Assembly (NCBI GenBank): GCA_040080445.1
Contig: JBEBIK010000001.1
Span: 1-35,262 of the forward strand
Reading direction: 5' to 3'
From: Pseudobdellovibrio sp.
GTDB lineage: Bacteria; Bdellovibrionota; Bdellovibrionia; Bdellovibrionales; Bdellovibrionaceae
Length of the DNA stretch: 35,262 nt
Part shown: positions 27,525-35,262 of the stretch, in pieces
How the letters are laid out: each line of letters opens with the position of its first letter
Position numbering within the stretch: position 1 is the first letter of the stretch
The notes under the pieces: generated by a model
What the model saw: the letters and a program-made list of their open reading frames with translations, nothing else
The model's database searches: none
What the model was told of the DNA's origin: nothing
Translations under genes and position numbers: made by a program

Positions 27525-28220
27525 ATGAAACAATTCTATCACTTATCAAAGGCTTTGTTTCTTTTCGTAATAACTCTTCAATATTTAATTAAAAGCTATA
27601 TTGCTCCAAATAAAATTACTGAACTTAAACAGCAATGGGCATTAAGCTTACTAAATTACCTTGGGTACTCGGTTTCTAGGCACGGAAACCCTCCGCCAAA
27701 AACCCAAGCTCATATATGCGTAGGCAATCATATTAGTTTTTTAGATATTATTTTATTAATGGCAGTTCACCCTGAAATAGTTTTTTTATCTAAGTCTGAA
27801 GTTAAGCATTGGCCCATTATTGGCCCAGCCGCAAGAAGAGTCGGAACATTATTTGTTAATCGTAATGATAAAAGCAATCGCGCCGAACTTCGTAAACAAA
27901 TTGGTGAAAGCTTGCAGAGCTCTTCGCGCCACTTAGCTGTTTTTCCTTCTGGCACAACTACACTTGATGAAAATATCGTTTGGAAAAAAGGTATTTTTGA
28001 GATCGCACAACAATACTCAATACCCGTTTATCTTTTTAAAATTAGCTATACGCCACTACGCGAATCGGCCTACATCGATGATGATAATTTAATTTCTACA
28101 ATGTCAAAAATGTTTTCGCTGCAAAATAAAACGGCCCATGTAAGCTGGGCTAGTTCATTTCAAATCGAAAATGCGGAAGCCGACGTTGAAAGAATCAGAA
28201 GCTCTTTATTGGCTTTGTAA
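27525..28220 (+). CDS. Lysophospholipid/lyso-aminolipid acyltransferase (PlsC/OlsA-like)
   Basis: NHISFLD (HX4D), FLSKSEV..WP.IG, GTLFVNR and FPSGTT. Start revised to ATG 27525, behind TTGCCA-N16-TATACT. Confidence 0.85.
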   Translation: MKQFYHLSKALFLFVITLQYLIKSYIAPNKITELKQQWALSLLNYLGYSVSRHGNPPPKTQAHICVGNHISFLDIILLMAVHPEIVFLSKSEVKHWPIIGPAARRVGTLFVNRNDKSNRAELRKQIGESLQSSSRHLAVFPSGTTTLDENIVWKKGIFEIAQQYSIPVYLFKISYTPLRESAYIDDDNLISTMSKMFSLQNKTAHVSWASSFQIENAEADVERIRSSLLAL

Positions 28221-28273
28221 TATCTCAGGATTAAAAATTAATTATTATACTTAGGAGCGAACCAAGTACTAAA

Positions 28274-28363
28274 TGGCGGAAAGTGAGGGATTCGAACCCT
28301 CGAGCCCCGCGAAGGGCTGCCAGTTTTCAAGACTGGTGTATTCAACCGCTCTACCAACTTTCC
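28274..28363 (-). tRNA. tRNA-Ser(TGA)
   Basis: GGAAAGT acceptor stem, CCAGT-CTTGAAA-ACTGG anticodon arm, long variable arm (GCCC-TTCGC-GGGC-like), GTTCGAATC T loop and encoded GCCA end. Confidence 0.96.
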
Positions 28364-28497
28364 GTTGTTAGTTCTATTGGATTTGACATTGCGATTCAAC
28401 GAGTTTTTGCTCGCCGCACCGCGCTTTCCAGACCATAATCTGTAATTGAATCAAGAGGTTATACTTATTGCCCCATATTATTGCATTTTATTAGTGG

Positions 28498-29778
28498 TTA
28501 CTTAATTTCAGTTTTACCGCCCATATAAGCTTGTAAAACTTTTGGTATCTCAACAGAACCATCTTCACGTTGATAATTTTCTAATACTGCAACGAGAGTA
28601 CGACCCACTGCTAAGCCGCTACCATTGAGCGTGTGCACAAACTGAGGTTTGCCACCGTCTTTAGGTTTAAAGCGAATATTCGCACGTCTTGCTTGAAAAT
28701 CTTCAAAGTTAGAGCATGAGCTGATTTCACGGTAAGAATTTTGACCCGGAAGCCAAACTTCTAAATCATATGTTTTTGAAGATCCAAATCCCATATCGCC
28801 AGTGCATAATAGCATTTTGCGATAAGGCAGGTTTAATAATGTTAAAATCTTTTCAGCATGCGAAGTTAATTGCTCGTGCACTTCATAAGACTGGCTTGGA
28901 TGACAGAAAGTCATCAGCTCAACTTTATTAAATTGGTGCTGACGAATTAAACCCTTGGTGTCTTTACCGTAGCTCCCAGCTTCTGATCTAAAACATGGAG
29001 AGTAGGCGCAAAAAGATTTTGGCAAATCGGATTCTAATAAAGTTTCATCATTGTAATAATTTGTAACTGGAACTTCAGCAGTCGGAATTAAATAGTAATC
29101 TGTGCCTGTTAAATTAAATACGTCTTCTTTAAATTTAGGAAACTGTCCGGTGCCCGTTAAGCTTTTGCTATTAACAATAAATGGCGGAATCATTTCGGTA
29201 TAGCCATGTAAATTAGAGTGAGTGTCCATCATGAGTTGCATGAGGGCTCTTTCCATTTGCGCAGCCGCGCCTTTTAAAAATGAAAATCTTGCGCCGGTTG
29301 TTTTACCAGCGCGGTCAAAATCGATAATATCCAATTTTTCGCCAATTTCGAAATGCTCTTTAGCTTTGAAAGAAAATTTTGTAGGCTCGCCAACAGTTTT
29401 AGTAATTTGGTTTTCTTTTTCAGAGCTGCCAACTGGAACAGTAATGTGGGGTTTATTGGGAATAACTAATAACAAGCCTTGAAGGTCGGCTTCTACTCTT
29501 GCTGCATCTTCTTCAGAGGCTTTGTAGCGTAGTTTTAATTGTTCTACTTCGCTCATCAAGGCTGTTGTGTCTTGACCGTCTCTTTTTAATTTACCAATTT
29601 CGCCACTCAACTTATTAAGTTGAGCTTTTTCAGTTTCAGCTTTAGTTAGTTCAATTTTTCTCTGTTGAGACAGCTCAACTGCACGATTAAAAATGTCGGC
29701 ATTAGCTCCTCTGTTGGCCAAAGCTTTTTTATACTCTTCTACCAATTCAGGCTTTTCTAATAGTTTTAAATCAATCAC
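28498..29778 (-). CDS. serS: Serine--tRNA ligase
   Basis: PTAEVP, FRSEAG, IRQHQF.KVE, EISSCS and [10 protein letters not shown]. Confidence 0.99.
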   Translation of the reverse strand: MIDLKLLEKPELVEEYKKALANRGANADIFNRAVELSQQRKIELTKAETEKAQLNKLSGEIGKLKRDGQDTTALMSEVEQLKLRYKASEEDAARVEADLQGLLLVIPNKPHITVPVGSSEKENQITKTVGEPTKFSFKAKEHFEIGEKLDIIDFDRAGKTTGARFSFLKGAAAQMERALMQLMMDTHSNLHGYTEMIPPFIVNSKSLTGTGQFPKFKEDVFNLTGTDYYLIPTAEVPVTNYYNDETLLESDLPKSFCAYSPCFRSEAGSYGKDTKGLIRQHQFNKVELMTFCHPSQSYEVHEQLTSHAEKILTLLNLPYRKMLLCTGDMGFGSSKTYDLEVWLPGQNSYREISSCSNFEDFQARRANIRFKPKDGGKPQFVHTLNGSGLAVGRTLVAVLENYQREDGSVEIPKVLQAYMGGKTEIK

Positions 29779-29811
29779 AAATATCTCCGGTTTAAAAATG
29801 TAAAAAATAAT

Positions 29812-30120
29812 TTATGGGGCGATCATTACGTACATACGAAGTGATATCGCAATAAGTATGCAAATCACATCAAATATAAAAATTTGAAATATGGACAGCG
29901 GCCGTAATAGTTTATAAACAATTAACATAAATAGCGTTGTAAAAAACAAAAGCATCAGAGTTCCACTTTGTGTAAACTCTTGAATAATTAAAGATAGCAC
30001 GATGCCTACAAAAAAACCCGATATCAAGCGAAGTAATCTTTGAAAAATAGTAATCGATGCGTTTTTAGCGCTTTGTTGCATGTTGCTCGTTACATTTTTT
30101 AGGTTATCTGCCAAGCCCAC
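29812..30120 (-). CDS. Small membrane protein of unknown function
   Basis: GGAGG RBS, GTG start and three hydrophobic segments; co-oriented between the TPR gene and serS. Confidence 0.75.
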   Translation of the reverse strand: MGLADNLKNVTSNMQQSAKNASITIFQRLLRLISGFFVGIVLSLIIQEFTQSGTLMLLFFTTLFMLIVYKLLRPLSIFQIFIFDVICILIAISLRMYVMIAP

Positions 30121-30132
30121 GGGCTGCCTCCA

Positions 30133-33102
30133 CTAATCTGGTTCTCCGCCCAACTGTTTGATCTTAGACACTACAATGTCGCGATCAGGGGCGTTCGGTG
30201 ATAATAATATATACTTCTTAAAAGAAAGTACAGCCTGAGGGGGGTTTCCCTTTTTTTCAAAAATATACCCTTGTTCGCGGTAAATTTCGGGGAATCCGGA
30301 CTCTTTTTGAAGCGCAATAGCTAACATATCCTCAGCAATTTCCACAGCATCACTACTTCTATAACAAACCGCCGATTTAACGTAGAGCTCTGCGCTAGAA
30401 GGGCGCATTTTTATGGCAGCAGAGTATTCAGCCGCACATTCTTTAAACTGAGCTTTACGGTAATATATTTCGGCAGCAAGTATAAAAGAATCGGCAATGT
30501 TCGGGTTGCGTGTTTTTTCTTCTTTAATCATATCCATGGCTTTTTGGTAGTCGTTAAGCTCTAAATAGCACTTTGCCATCAAAAACGAAACCTTTGGAAA
30601 ATCAGGATTAATTTTTTTTACAAGTTCAAGCTTAGCTAAAGCTTGTTCTGTTTTAGCCTTAATTTCATTGCCAGCGGCTGTCTCAATCAAAAGTTTGGCA
30701 TTGGCAAACATAGGCTCAACATCACTCGGGTCAAGCACTGATGTTAAATTATAATAGCGTTGCGCCAATTCAGGTTTGTTTAATATTCGATAGGTTTCTG
30801 CAAGTCCAAAATTAGCTCTTTTGTTTTTACCATCTATACTGACAACCTCTTCATACATACCAGCGGCATCAGTATACTTTTCGTTTGATTTATAAAAATC
30901 GGCTAAAGCAACACGGTATTCTATTGTGTAAGGGTAATTTTTAATAAGTTGCTTTAAGTAAGACTCGCCACGAATCGGTCCATCTGTGGCCGCCATTACT
31001 TTAGCAACCGTTATCTGAGACTCGGGCCAAGCTGGTTCTAAATCGACGGCGCGACCTGAGTACTTTAAGGCTAATTCTTTTGAGTTTTCTTTTTTAGCTA
31101 AAGAATCTTTTCCCACAGAGGGCGCATTCATATAATAAAATACATGAGCCTGAGCTAACAGAGTTAATAGCTCAACGTCAGCGTTGTAAAGCTTAACTGC
31201 TCTTTCGCCGTACTGAATTGCGCCCACCATATTGTTTTTTCTAAACTCGAGCAGAGCTTGTGCTTTGGTAATTTCATGACTCTGGCTAAATTTTTTAGAA
31301 GCCATTTGAAGAGTGCGAGCCGCATTAGAAAAATTAAATTTTTGTGATTCATAGTCTGCCTTTAAAACATATGCTTGCAACATGTTCGAATCAGCCCCAA
31401 TACTTTTATCAAGCCATGAAATCGCATCACGTGTTTGATTTATCTTCCATAAACATCGACCAGCTTTAAATGCTGCGGCTGCATTTTTTGAATCTAGCTC
31501 AAAGGCCGCTTTATATTGTGCTTGCGCAACTAGGCAGTCTCCTGCGTTAGCAAACTGATCGCCTATCAGCATAATTTCAGATTGAGCATTTTCTACTTTT
31601 TCATCTCCACCTAGCGTAACGACAAGCTCTTTTAAAGCTCTATGGCTTGGGCTCTCGCGATATCCGACTTGTGCAACTTCAAGCGCTTTTTTATTTTCTT
31701 TTCTGTCCATCAAAATCTGTGCGTAATTTAAAAGTGCCTCGGTTAAAAAATCTTTTGGAAGTTTTTGCTTTATTTCAAAGCCATTAGAAAAGTAAGGTAA
31801 AGCTTTTTCTGGATCTTTCGATCCTTTTAGCTCCACCAAGGCTAATCCATAAAGAGCTGCTTTTAGCTCTTTATTAGAATTGTACATTTCTAAATACTGC
31901 TCGCGAGCTTCTGCAAATTTGCCTTGTTTGTAGTACATGCGGGCTAAGCCAAATCTTGCTGTCATCCATTGTGGCCAAAGCTTTGCGGCCTGTTCATAAT
32001 AGGCGGCAGCATTAATAAAATTATTTTCGCTTTCAAGAATTTCAGCTTTAATCAAATACAAAAAAGCACTCAAGCTAAATTTTTCTTCGACCGGGTTGTC
32101 TAAAGCTTTTTCAAGCAAACTCCTGGCTTCTTTGCTTTGACCCTTGGTCAATAAAAAAATGGTTTGGCAAGAATCTGAGTAGTTCGATATCGGATTTATT
32201 GCGCGCGCCATTTGAGTTACAGTCAAAATACTTTTTAAATCGCTTTGGTTTTGTTTTGTGTAAGGCCAAATTTGTTCGTACACCATACATAAAAGCCCTT
32301 GAGCTTCTAAATCTTTTGGCGCTCCTTCTACAGCTCGTACTAAATTTTGCTGTGAGGCTAATATTTTTTCTAAAATTCCTGATTGAAAAGCTCTGGCAGC
32401 ATTTCTTTTATACTCTTTGAGTTCAGCGTCTGAAATGGCTTCGTCATTTTTTTGTGGCGTAAGCAATGCCCAGCCCGCACGCGCGTCTTTGTCTTCAGGG
32501 TAAAAAAAGTATGTTACAGCTCCAATGAAAAAAATAGCCGCCAAAACAAATGGAATTAGTTTTTTAATTTCCTTTTGTTGCAGCTTTTTAATATCTGTTA
32601 ACTGAATTTCGAGATTTTTGTCTTGATCATTAATGATATTTTCTTGAGCAGCCCCTGCTAGATTTAAATCCATTTGCTGATAAGCCACTGGTGACGCACT
32701 TGAAGACTTAGCAAGACTCATATTTTTTTGAGATTTTTGCCTAACTTCTTCGGCTTTTCTTTCTTGCTCTAGTAACTCTTTAAGGTCATCTATATTTTGA
32801 ATTTTTGGAATTGGTATTTCTTCTTTAGCGGGTTCAGCTGTACGAATTACCGTTTCCGCTTCCATTTTTTGCGTTCGCTTATTATCTACTTCGACTGGAT
32901 TTTCTAGAGACTCAAGAAGAGCATCATAGAACTCTGGCTGTTTAGTTAAAAGTTTCCATTCGCCTTCAGGGTAAGAACAAACTTCTTCGCTACCAGTAAA
33001 GGCACCGTTAACGATCATTTTATTAATCGCATCGGTAGAGTAAGGACCCTTTACTTGATCTGACTGTAATTTAATAACCCACTGACCAGAGTTGTTGTTC
33101 AT
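30133..33102 (-). CDS. Bitopic membrane protein with N-terminal GYF_2-like domain and long TPR array
   Basis: W.I......KGPYS...I..MI..G......EV......W (GYF_2/DUF4339 pattern), one TM (LIPFVLAAIFFIGAVTYFFY) and many TPR repeats. Confidence 0.85.
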   Translation of the reverse strand: MNNNSGQWVIKLQSDQVKGPYSTDAINKMIVNGAFTGSEEVCSYPEGEWKLLTKQPEFYDALLESLENPVEVDNKRTQKMEAETVIRTAEPAKEEIPIPKIQNIDDLKELLEQERKAEEVRQKSQKNMSLAKSSSASPVAYQQMDLNLAGAAQENIINDQDKNLEIQLTDIKKLQQKEIKKLIPFVLAAIFFIGAVTYFFYPEDKDARAGWALLTPQKNDEAISDAELKEYKRNAARAFQSGILEKILASQQNLVRAVEGAPKDLEAQGLLCMVYEQIWPYTKQNQSDLKSILTVTQMARAINPISNYSDSCQTIFLLTKGQSKEARSLLEKALDNPVEEKFSLSAFLYLIKAEILESENNFINAAAYYEQAAKLWPQWMTARFGLARMYYKQGKFAEAREQYLEMYNSNKELKAALYGLALVELKGSKDPEKALPYFSNGFEIKQKLPKDFLTEALLNYAQILMDRKENKKALEVAQVGYRESPSHRALKELVVTLGGDEKVENAQSEIMLIGDQFANAGDCLVAQAQYKAAFELDSKNAAAAFKAGRCLWKINQTRDAISWLDKSIGADSNMLQAYVLKADYESQKFNFSNAARTLQMASKKFSQSHEITKAQALLEFRKNNMVGAIQYGERAVKLYNADVELLTLLAQAHVFYYMNAPSVGKDSLAKKENSKELALKYSGRAVDLEPAWPESQITVAKVMAATDGPIRGESYLKQLIKNYPYTIEYRVALADFYKSNEKYTDAAGMYEEVVSIDGKNKRANFGLAETYRILNKPELAQRYYNLTSVLDPSDVEPMFANAKLLIETAAGNEIKAKTEQALAKLELVKKINPDFPKVSFLMAKCYLELNDYQKAMDMIKEEKTRNPNIADSFILAAEIYYRKAQFKECAAEYSAAIKMRPSSAELYVKSAVCYRSSDAVEIAEDMLAIALQKESGFPEIYREQGYIFEKKGNPPQAVLSFKKYILLSPNAPDRDIVVSKIKQLGGEPD

Positions 33103-33287
33103 GTAGTTTTAGCCCTCAACTCATTATTATAATTAGTCTTTATTTAAGCGGCAGCATTTGAATGCTTAAAGTTCCAACTCATGACCAAAGTCCACGCTTG
33201 GAACCACTTTTGGTTCCAAGTTGGAACCTAAAAACGAGCCTAACATCCTAGAAACACTGTATTTTTTAGTGCAGCCTCTAAAAAAAT

Positions 33288-33303
33288 TGGCACATACGTT
33301 GCT
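33288..33303 (+). promoter_or_regulatory. Sigma54 (-24/-12) promoter
   Basis: TGGCAC-ATACG-TTGCT, with exact GG-N10-GC spacing. Confidence 0.75.
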
Positions 33304-33315
33304 ATACGAAAGCTT

Positions 33316-33444
33316 ATGATTAGATGGTTAATTGCCACATACATAGTTCTTGTTCTTGTTTTATCAGCAAAAGCTGGAGCGAAGTCAGGGCAAAAATCTA
33401 ATCTAGTATTTAATAAGTTAAATTATTCGTCTGAGGCCCTATAG
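33316..33444 (+). CDS. 42-aa small protein with signal-peptide-like N-terminus (absent from ORF track)
   Basis: MIRWLIATYIVLVLVLSAKAGAKSGQKSNLVFNKLNYSSEAL*. The ATG lies about at the predicted sigma54 +1. Confidence 0.5.
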   Translation: MIRWLIATYIVLVLVLSAKAGAKSGQKSNLVFNKLNYSSEAL

Positions 33445-33450
33445 TTTTCG

Positions 33451-33610
33451 AAAGCTCAGGAGCCCCTCCCAGAGTTCTGATTCGGCTGGGTCTTAAACGA
33501 ATAATATTTTTAAAGAAAACTTTGTTAGTAATAACAAACTGTTTTAGAGCCTCAACCTCGGCCCCTCCCTGGTTGGGGCTTAAGTTTTTTAGCCCCTCCC
33601 TCTTGCTCTT
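33451..33610 (+). ncRNA. Candidate multi-hairpin sRNA with repeated GCCCCUCCC motif
   Basis: Three GCCCCTCCC copies (33462, 33561, 33592). Two are in hairpin loops (TCAGGA/TTCTGA and AGCCTCAACC/GGTTGGGGCT), and an additional TTTGTTA/TAACAAA hairpin lies between them. Confidence 0.5.
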
Positions 33611-33701
33611 CAATTAAAAAAATTTCAGAAAAAAGAATACATGTCTACATCTCCTGTTTGGCTATGCTATGAAGCTTAAACAAAACAAAAGGAGCTTCGT
33701 G

Positions 33702-34103
33702 ATGAAAAAGTATTTTTTTATTATCTTTGTGGTTTCGTTATCTATTCTTTCGACTGCAACAGCAGAGCAATGGGCCTGCACAGCTGATATCAACAAAGGT
33801 TCCGTAATAAAAATGAATGCGATAGTTAACGTAGGTATTGAAGCCAACCTTAGCACTTATTATAAAAATGAATGGGCGGATGATAAAGTTCAAGTGGCAC
33901 AACGGCGCCTAGTATTTGTAGAGAGCGAATCATACCAAGATGTTATCGGTGATAGCTGCAACGATCAATACTACGGAATTCAAGAACACTACCTTAATTT
34001 TTCAGATAAAACAAAAACTGCAGCTTACACCTATTCATGGTGTGATGATGACGGCGGTTCAGGTTTTGAGTCTTACAATTTGATCTGCGAACAAATTAAA
34101 TAA
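33702..34103 (+). CDS. Small secreted Cys-containing hypothetical protein
   Basis: AAGGAG RBS favours ATG 33702. Signal peptide ending ATA; four Cys in the mature part. Confidence 0.7.
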   Translation: MKKYFFIIFVVSLSILSTATAEQWACTADINKGSVIKMNAIVNVGIEANLSTYYKNEWADDKVQVAQRRLVFVESESYQDVIGDSCNDQYYGIQEHYLNFSDKTKTAAYTYSWCDDDGGSGFESYNLICEQIK

Positions 34104-34117
34104 TTGATTTATTGTCT

Positions 34118-35262
34118 TTAGTGGGCGCGAGTAACTTTTGCGCCCAGCTTTGAAAGCTTCGCCTCTAAATTATCGTAACCTCTGTCTAAGTGATAAATAC
34201 GACCTACCGAAGTTTCACCTTTAGCAACTAATCCTGCCAAAACTAAAGAAGCACTGGCTCTTAAATCTGTGGCCATAACAGGTGCTGCTGTAAGCTTTCC
34301 TGGAGTTCCGCGCACTACTGCTACTTGTGATTTGGGAGTAATGTCTGCACCTAAACGCATTAACTCATTTACGTGCATGAAGCGATTTTCAAAAACTGTT
34401 TCGGTAATCACGCTTGTACCACGAGCTACAGTCATTAAAGCCATAAACTGCGCTTGAAGATCTGTTGGAAATAACGGGTGAGGTGCTGTCGTAATATCAA
34501 CAGCTTCCCAAGTTTTTGTTGGCAAAACTTTTAAAGAGTTTGTTGATACTTCAATTTTAAAACCACTCTCACGCATTTTTATAATTAAAGCTTCTAGGTC
34601 ATGAGGTTGGCAGTTTGTTACTTCGACTTCGCCAGATGTGATGGCGCCAGCGATAAGTAAAGTTCCAGCTTCAATTCGATCAGGCATAATTGAGTGACGT
34701 GCTGGGCTTAGCTTTTGTACGCCTTCAATTTTAATTACGCTAGTTCCGTGTCCAGTAATTTTAGCGCCCATTTTATTTAAATAATTTGCGAGATCTACAA
34801 TTTCCGGCTCTTTTGCTGCATTCTCAATTAATGTTGTGCCTTCCGCAAGAGTGGCTGCCATCATTAAATTTTCAGTTCCACCAACTGTTGTTTTTTCGAA
34901 AAAAACAGTCGCACCTTTTAATTTTTTTGCTTTAGCTAATACGTAACCATCTTTTAATTCAATTTCGGCACCCAGAGTGCGCATAGCATCTAAATGTAAA
35001 TCGATCGGACGAGTTCCAATAGCACAACCACCTGGAAGAGAAACAACGGCTTCGCCGTATTTAGCTAAGATAGGTCCTAAGCATAAAATACTTGCGCGCA
35101 TTTTACGTACTAAGTCGTAATGAGCTTCAAATGAAGTAAGCTTAGCTACGTTAACTTTAAAAGTGTTTCCTTCGCGATGACTTTCGCAACCTAAACTTTT
35201 TAATAATTCTGCAGTTGATTCGATATCTTTTAATATTGGGACATTATCAAAGGCTGTCTCTT
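34118..35262 (-). CDS. murA: UDP-N-acetylglucosamine 1-carboxyvinyltransferase (5'-truncated by window edge)
   Basis: The frame extends upstream of the ORF-track start (DNVP.LKDI...YDLVRKMRAS). Motifs LPGGCAIGTRP, FPTDLQAQ, TDLRA and HLDRGY. Confidence 0.98.
   Translation of the reverse strand, partial: ETAFDNVPILKDIESTAELLKSLGCESHREGNTFKVNVAKLTSFEAHYDLVRKMRASILCLGPILAKYGEAVVSLPGGCAIGTRPIDLHLDAMRTLGAEIELKDGYVLAKAKKLKGATVFFEKTTVGGTENLMMAATLAEGTTLIENAAKEPEIVDLANYLNKMGAKITGHGTSVIKIEGVQKLSPARHSIMPDRIEAGTLLIAGAITSGEVEVTNCQPHDLEALIIKMRESGFKIEVSTNSLKVLPTKTWEAVDITTAPHPLFPTDLQAQFMALMTVARGTSVITETVFENRFMHVNELMRLGADITPKSQVAVVRGTPGKLTAAPVMATDLRASASLVLAGLVAKGETSVGRIYHLDRGYDNLEAKLSKLGAKVTRAH

Noticed and set aside
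22129-28363. The CDO/CSAD module as an integrative element at the tRNA-Ser 3' end
   Set aside because: The position is suggestive, but there is no integrase or transposase, and I could not find a duplicated tRNA 3' end (TGGCGGAAAG) at the far boundary.
28274-28363. tRNA-Sec or selenoprotein link to the YHS gene
   Set aside because: The anticodon is TGA (Ser), not TCA, and the YHS motif codon is TGT (Cys) with no in-frame TGA.
33171-33610. CRISPR or REP array interpretation of the short repeats
   Set aside because: The repeats are only 9-15 bp, irregularly spaced, and have no cas genes nearby.
33410-33613. 67-aa minus-strand ORF from the track
   Set aside because: TTG start and no recognisable features. 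It is antisense to the sigma54 unit, whose hairpins favour the plus strand.

Overview
AT-rich bacterial chromosomal window. Gene content and order are most consistent with a predatory Bdellovibrionota (Bdellovibrio/Pseudobdellovibrio-like) genome; this is inference, not a database result. The core backbone is a partial Tad-family protein, nagZ, priA, rpsB-tsf-pyrH-frr-uppS-cdsA-rseP-tsaB, a J-like/HTH protein, an RluA-family synthase, pgeF, tRNA-Ser(TGA), serS, a GYF/TPR membrane protein and a partial murA. Accessory elements are a MazF/PemK toxin-antitoxin pair with a perfect 15-bp operator palindrome, an S1/P1 nuclease, and a ~6-kb module at 22268-28220. That module is the main candidate novel system. 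It encodes a single-chain cysteine dioxygenase + cysteine-sulfinate-decarboxylase-like fusion, a DedA-anchored ATP-grasp ligase, YHS and DoxX proteins, a zinc anti-sigma/ECF sigma pair and an OlsA-like acyltransferase. Two identically spaced, divergent ECF-type promoters (TGTAACGAA-N14-CTCTTAC) face the ligase and the YHS-DoxX-CDO/CSAD operon, which suggests a redox-controlled (hypo)taurine synthesis and conjugation (possibly taurolipid) pathway. The ORF track also misses a 43-aa very basic protein with its own RBS and terminator, and a sigma54-driven 42-aa ORF followed by a multi-hairpin RNA with repeated CCCCUCCC loops. No CRISPR array, rRNA, integrase or transposase was seen.
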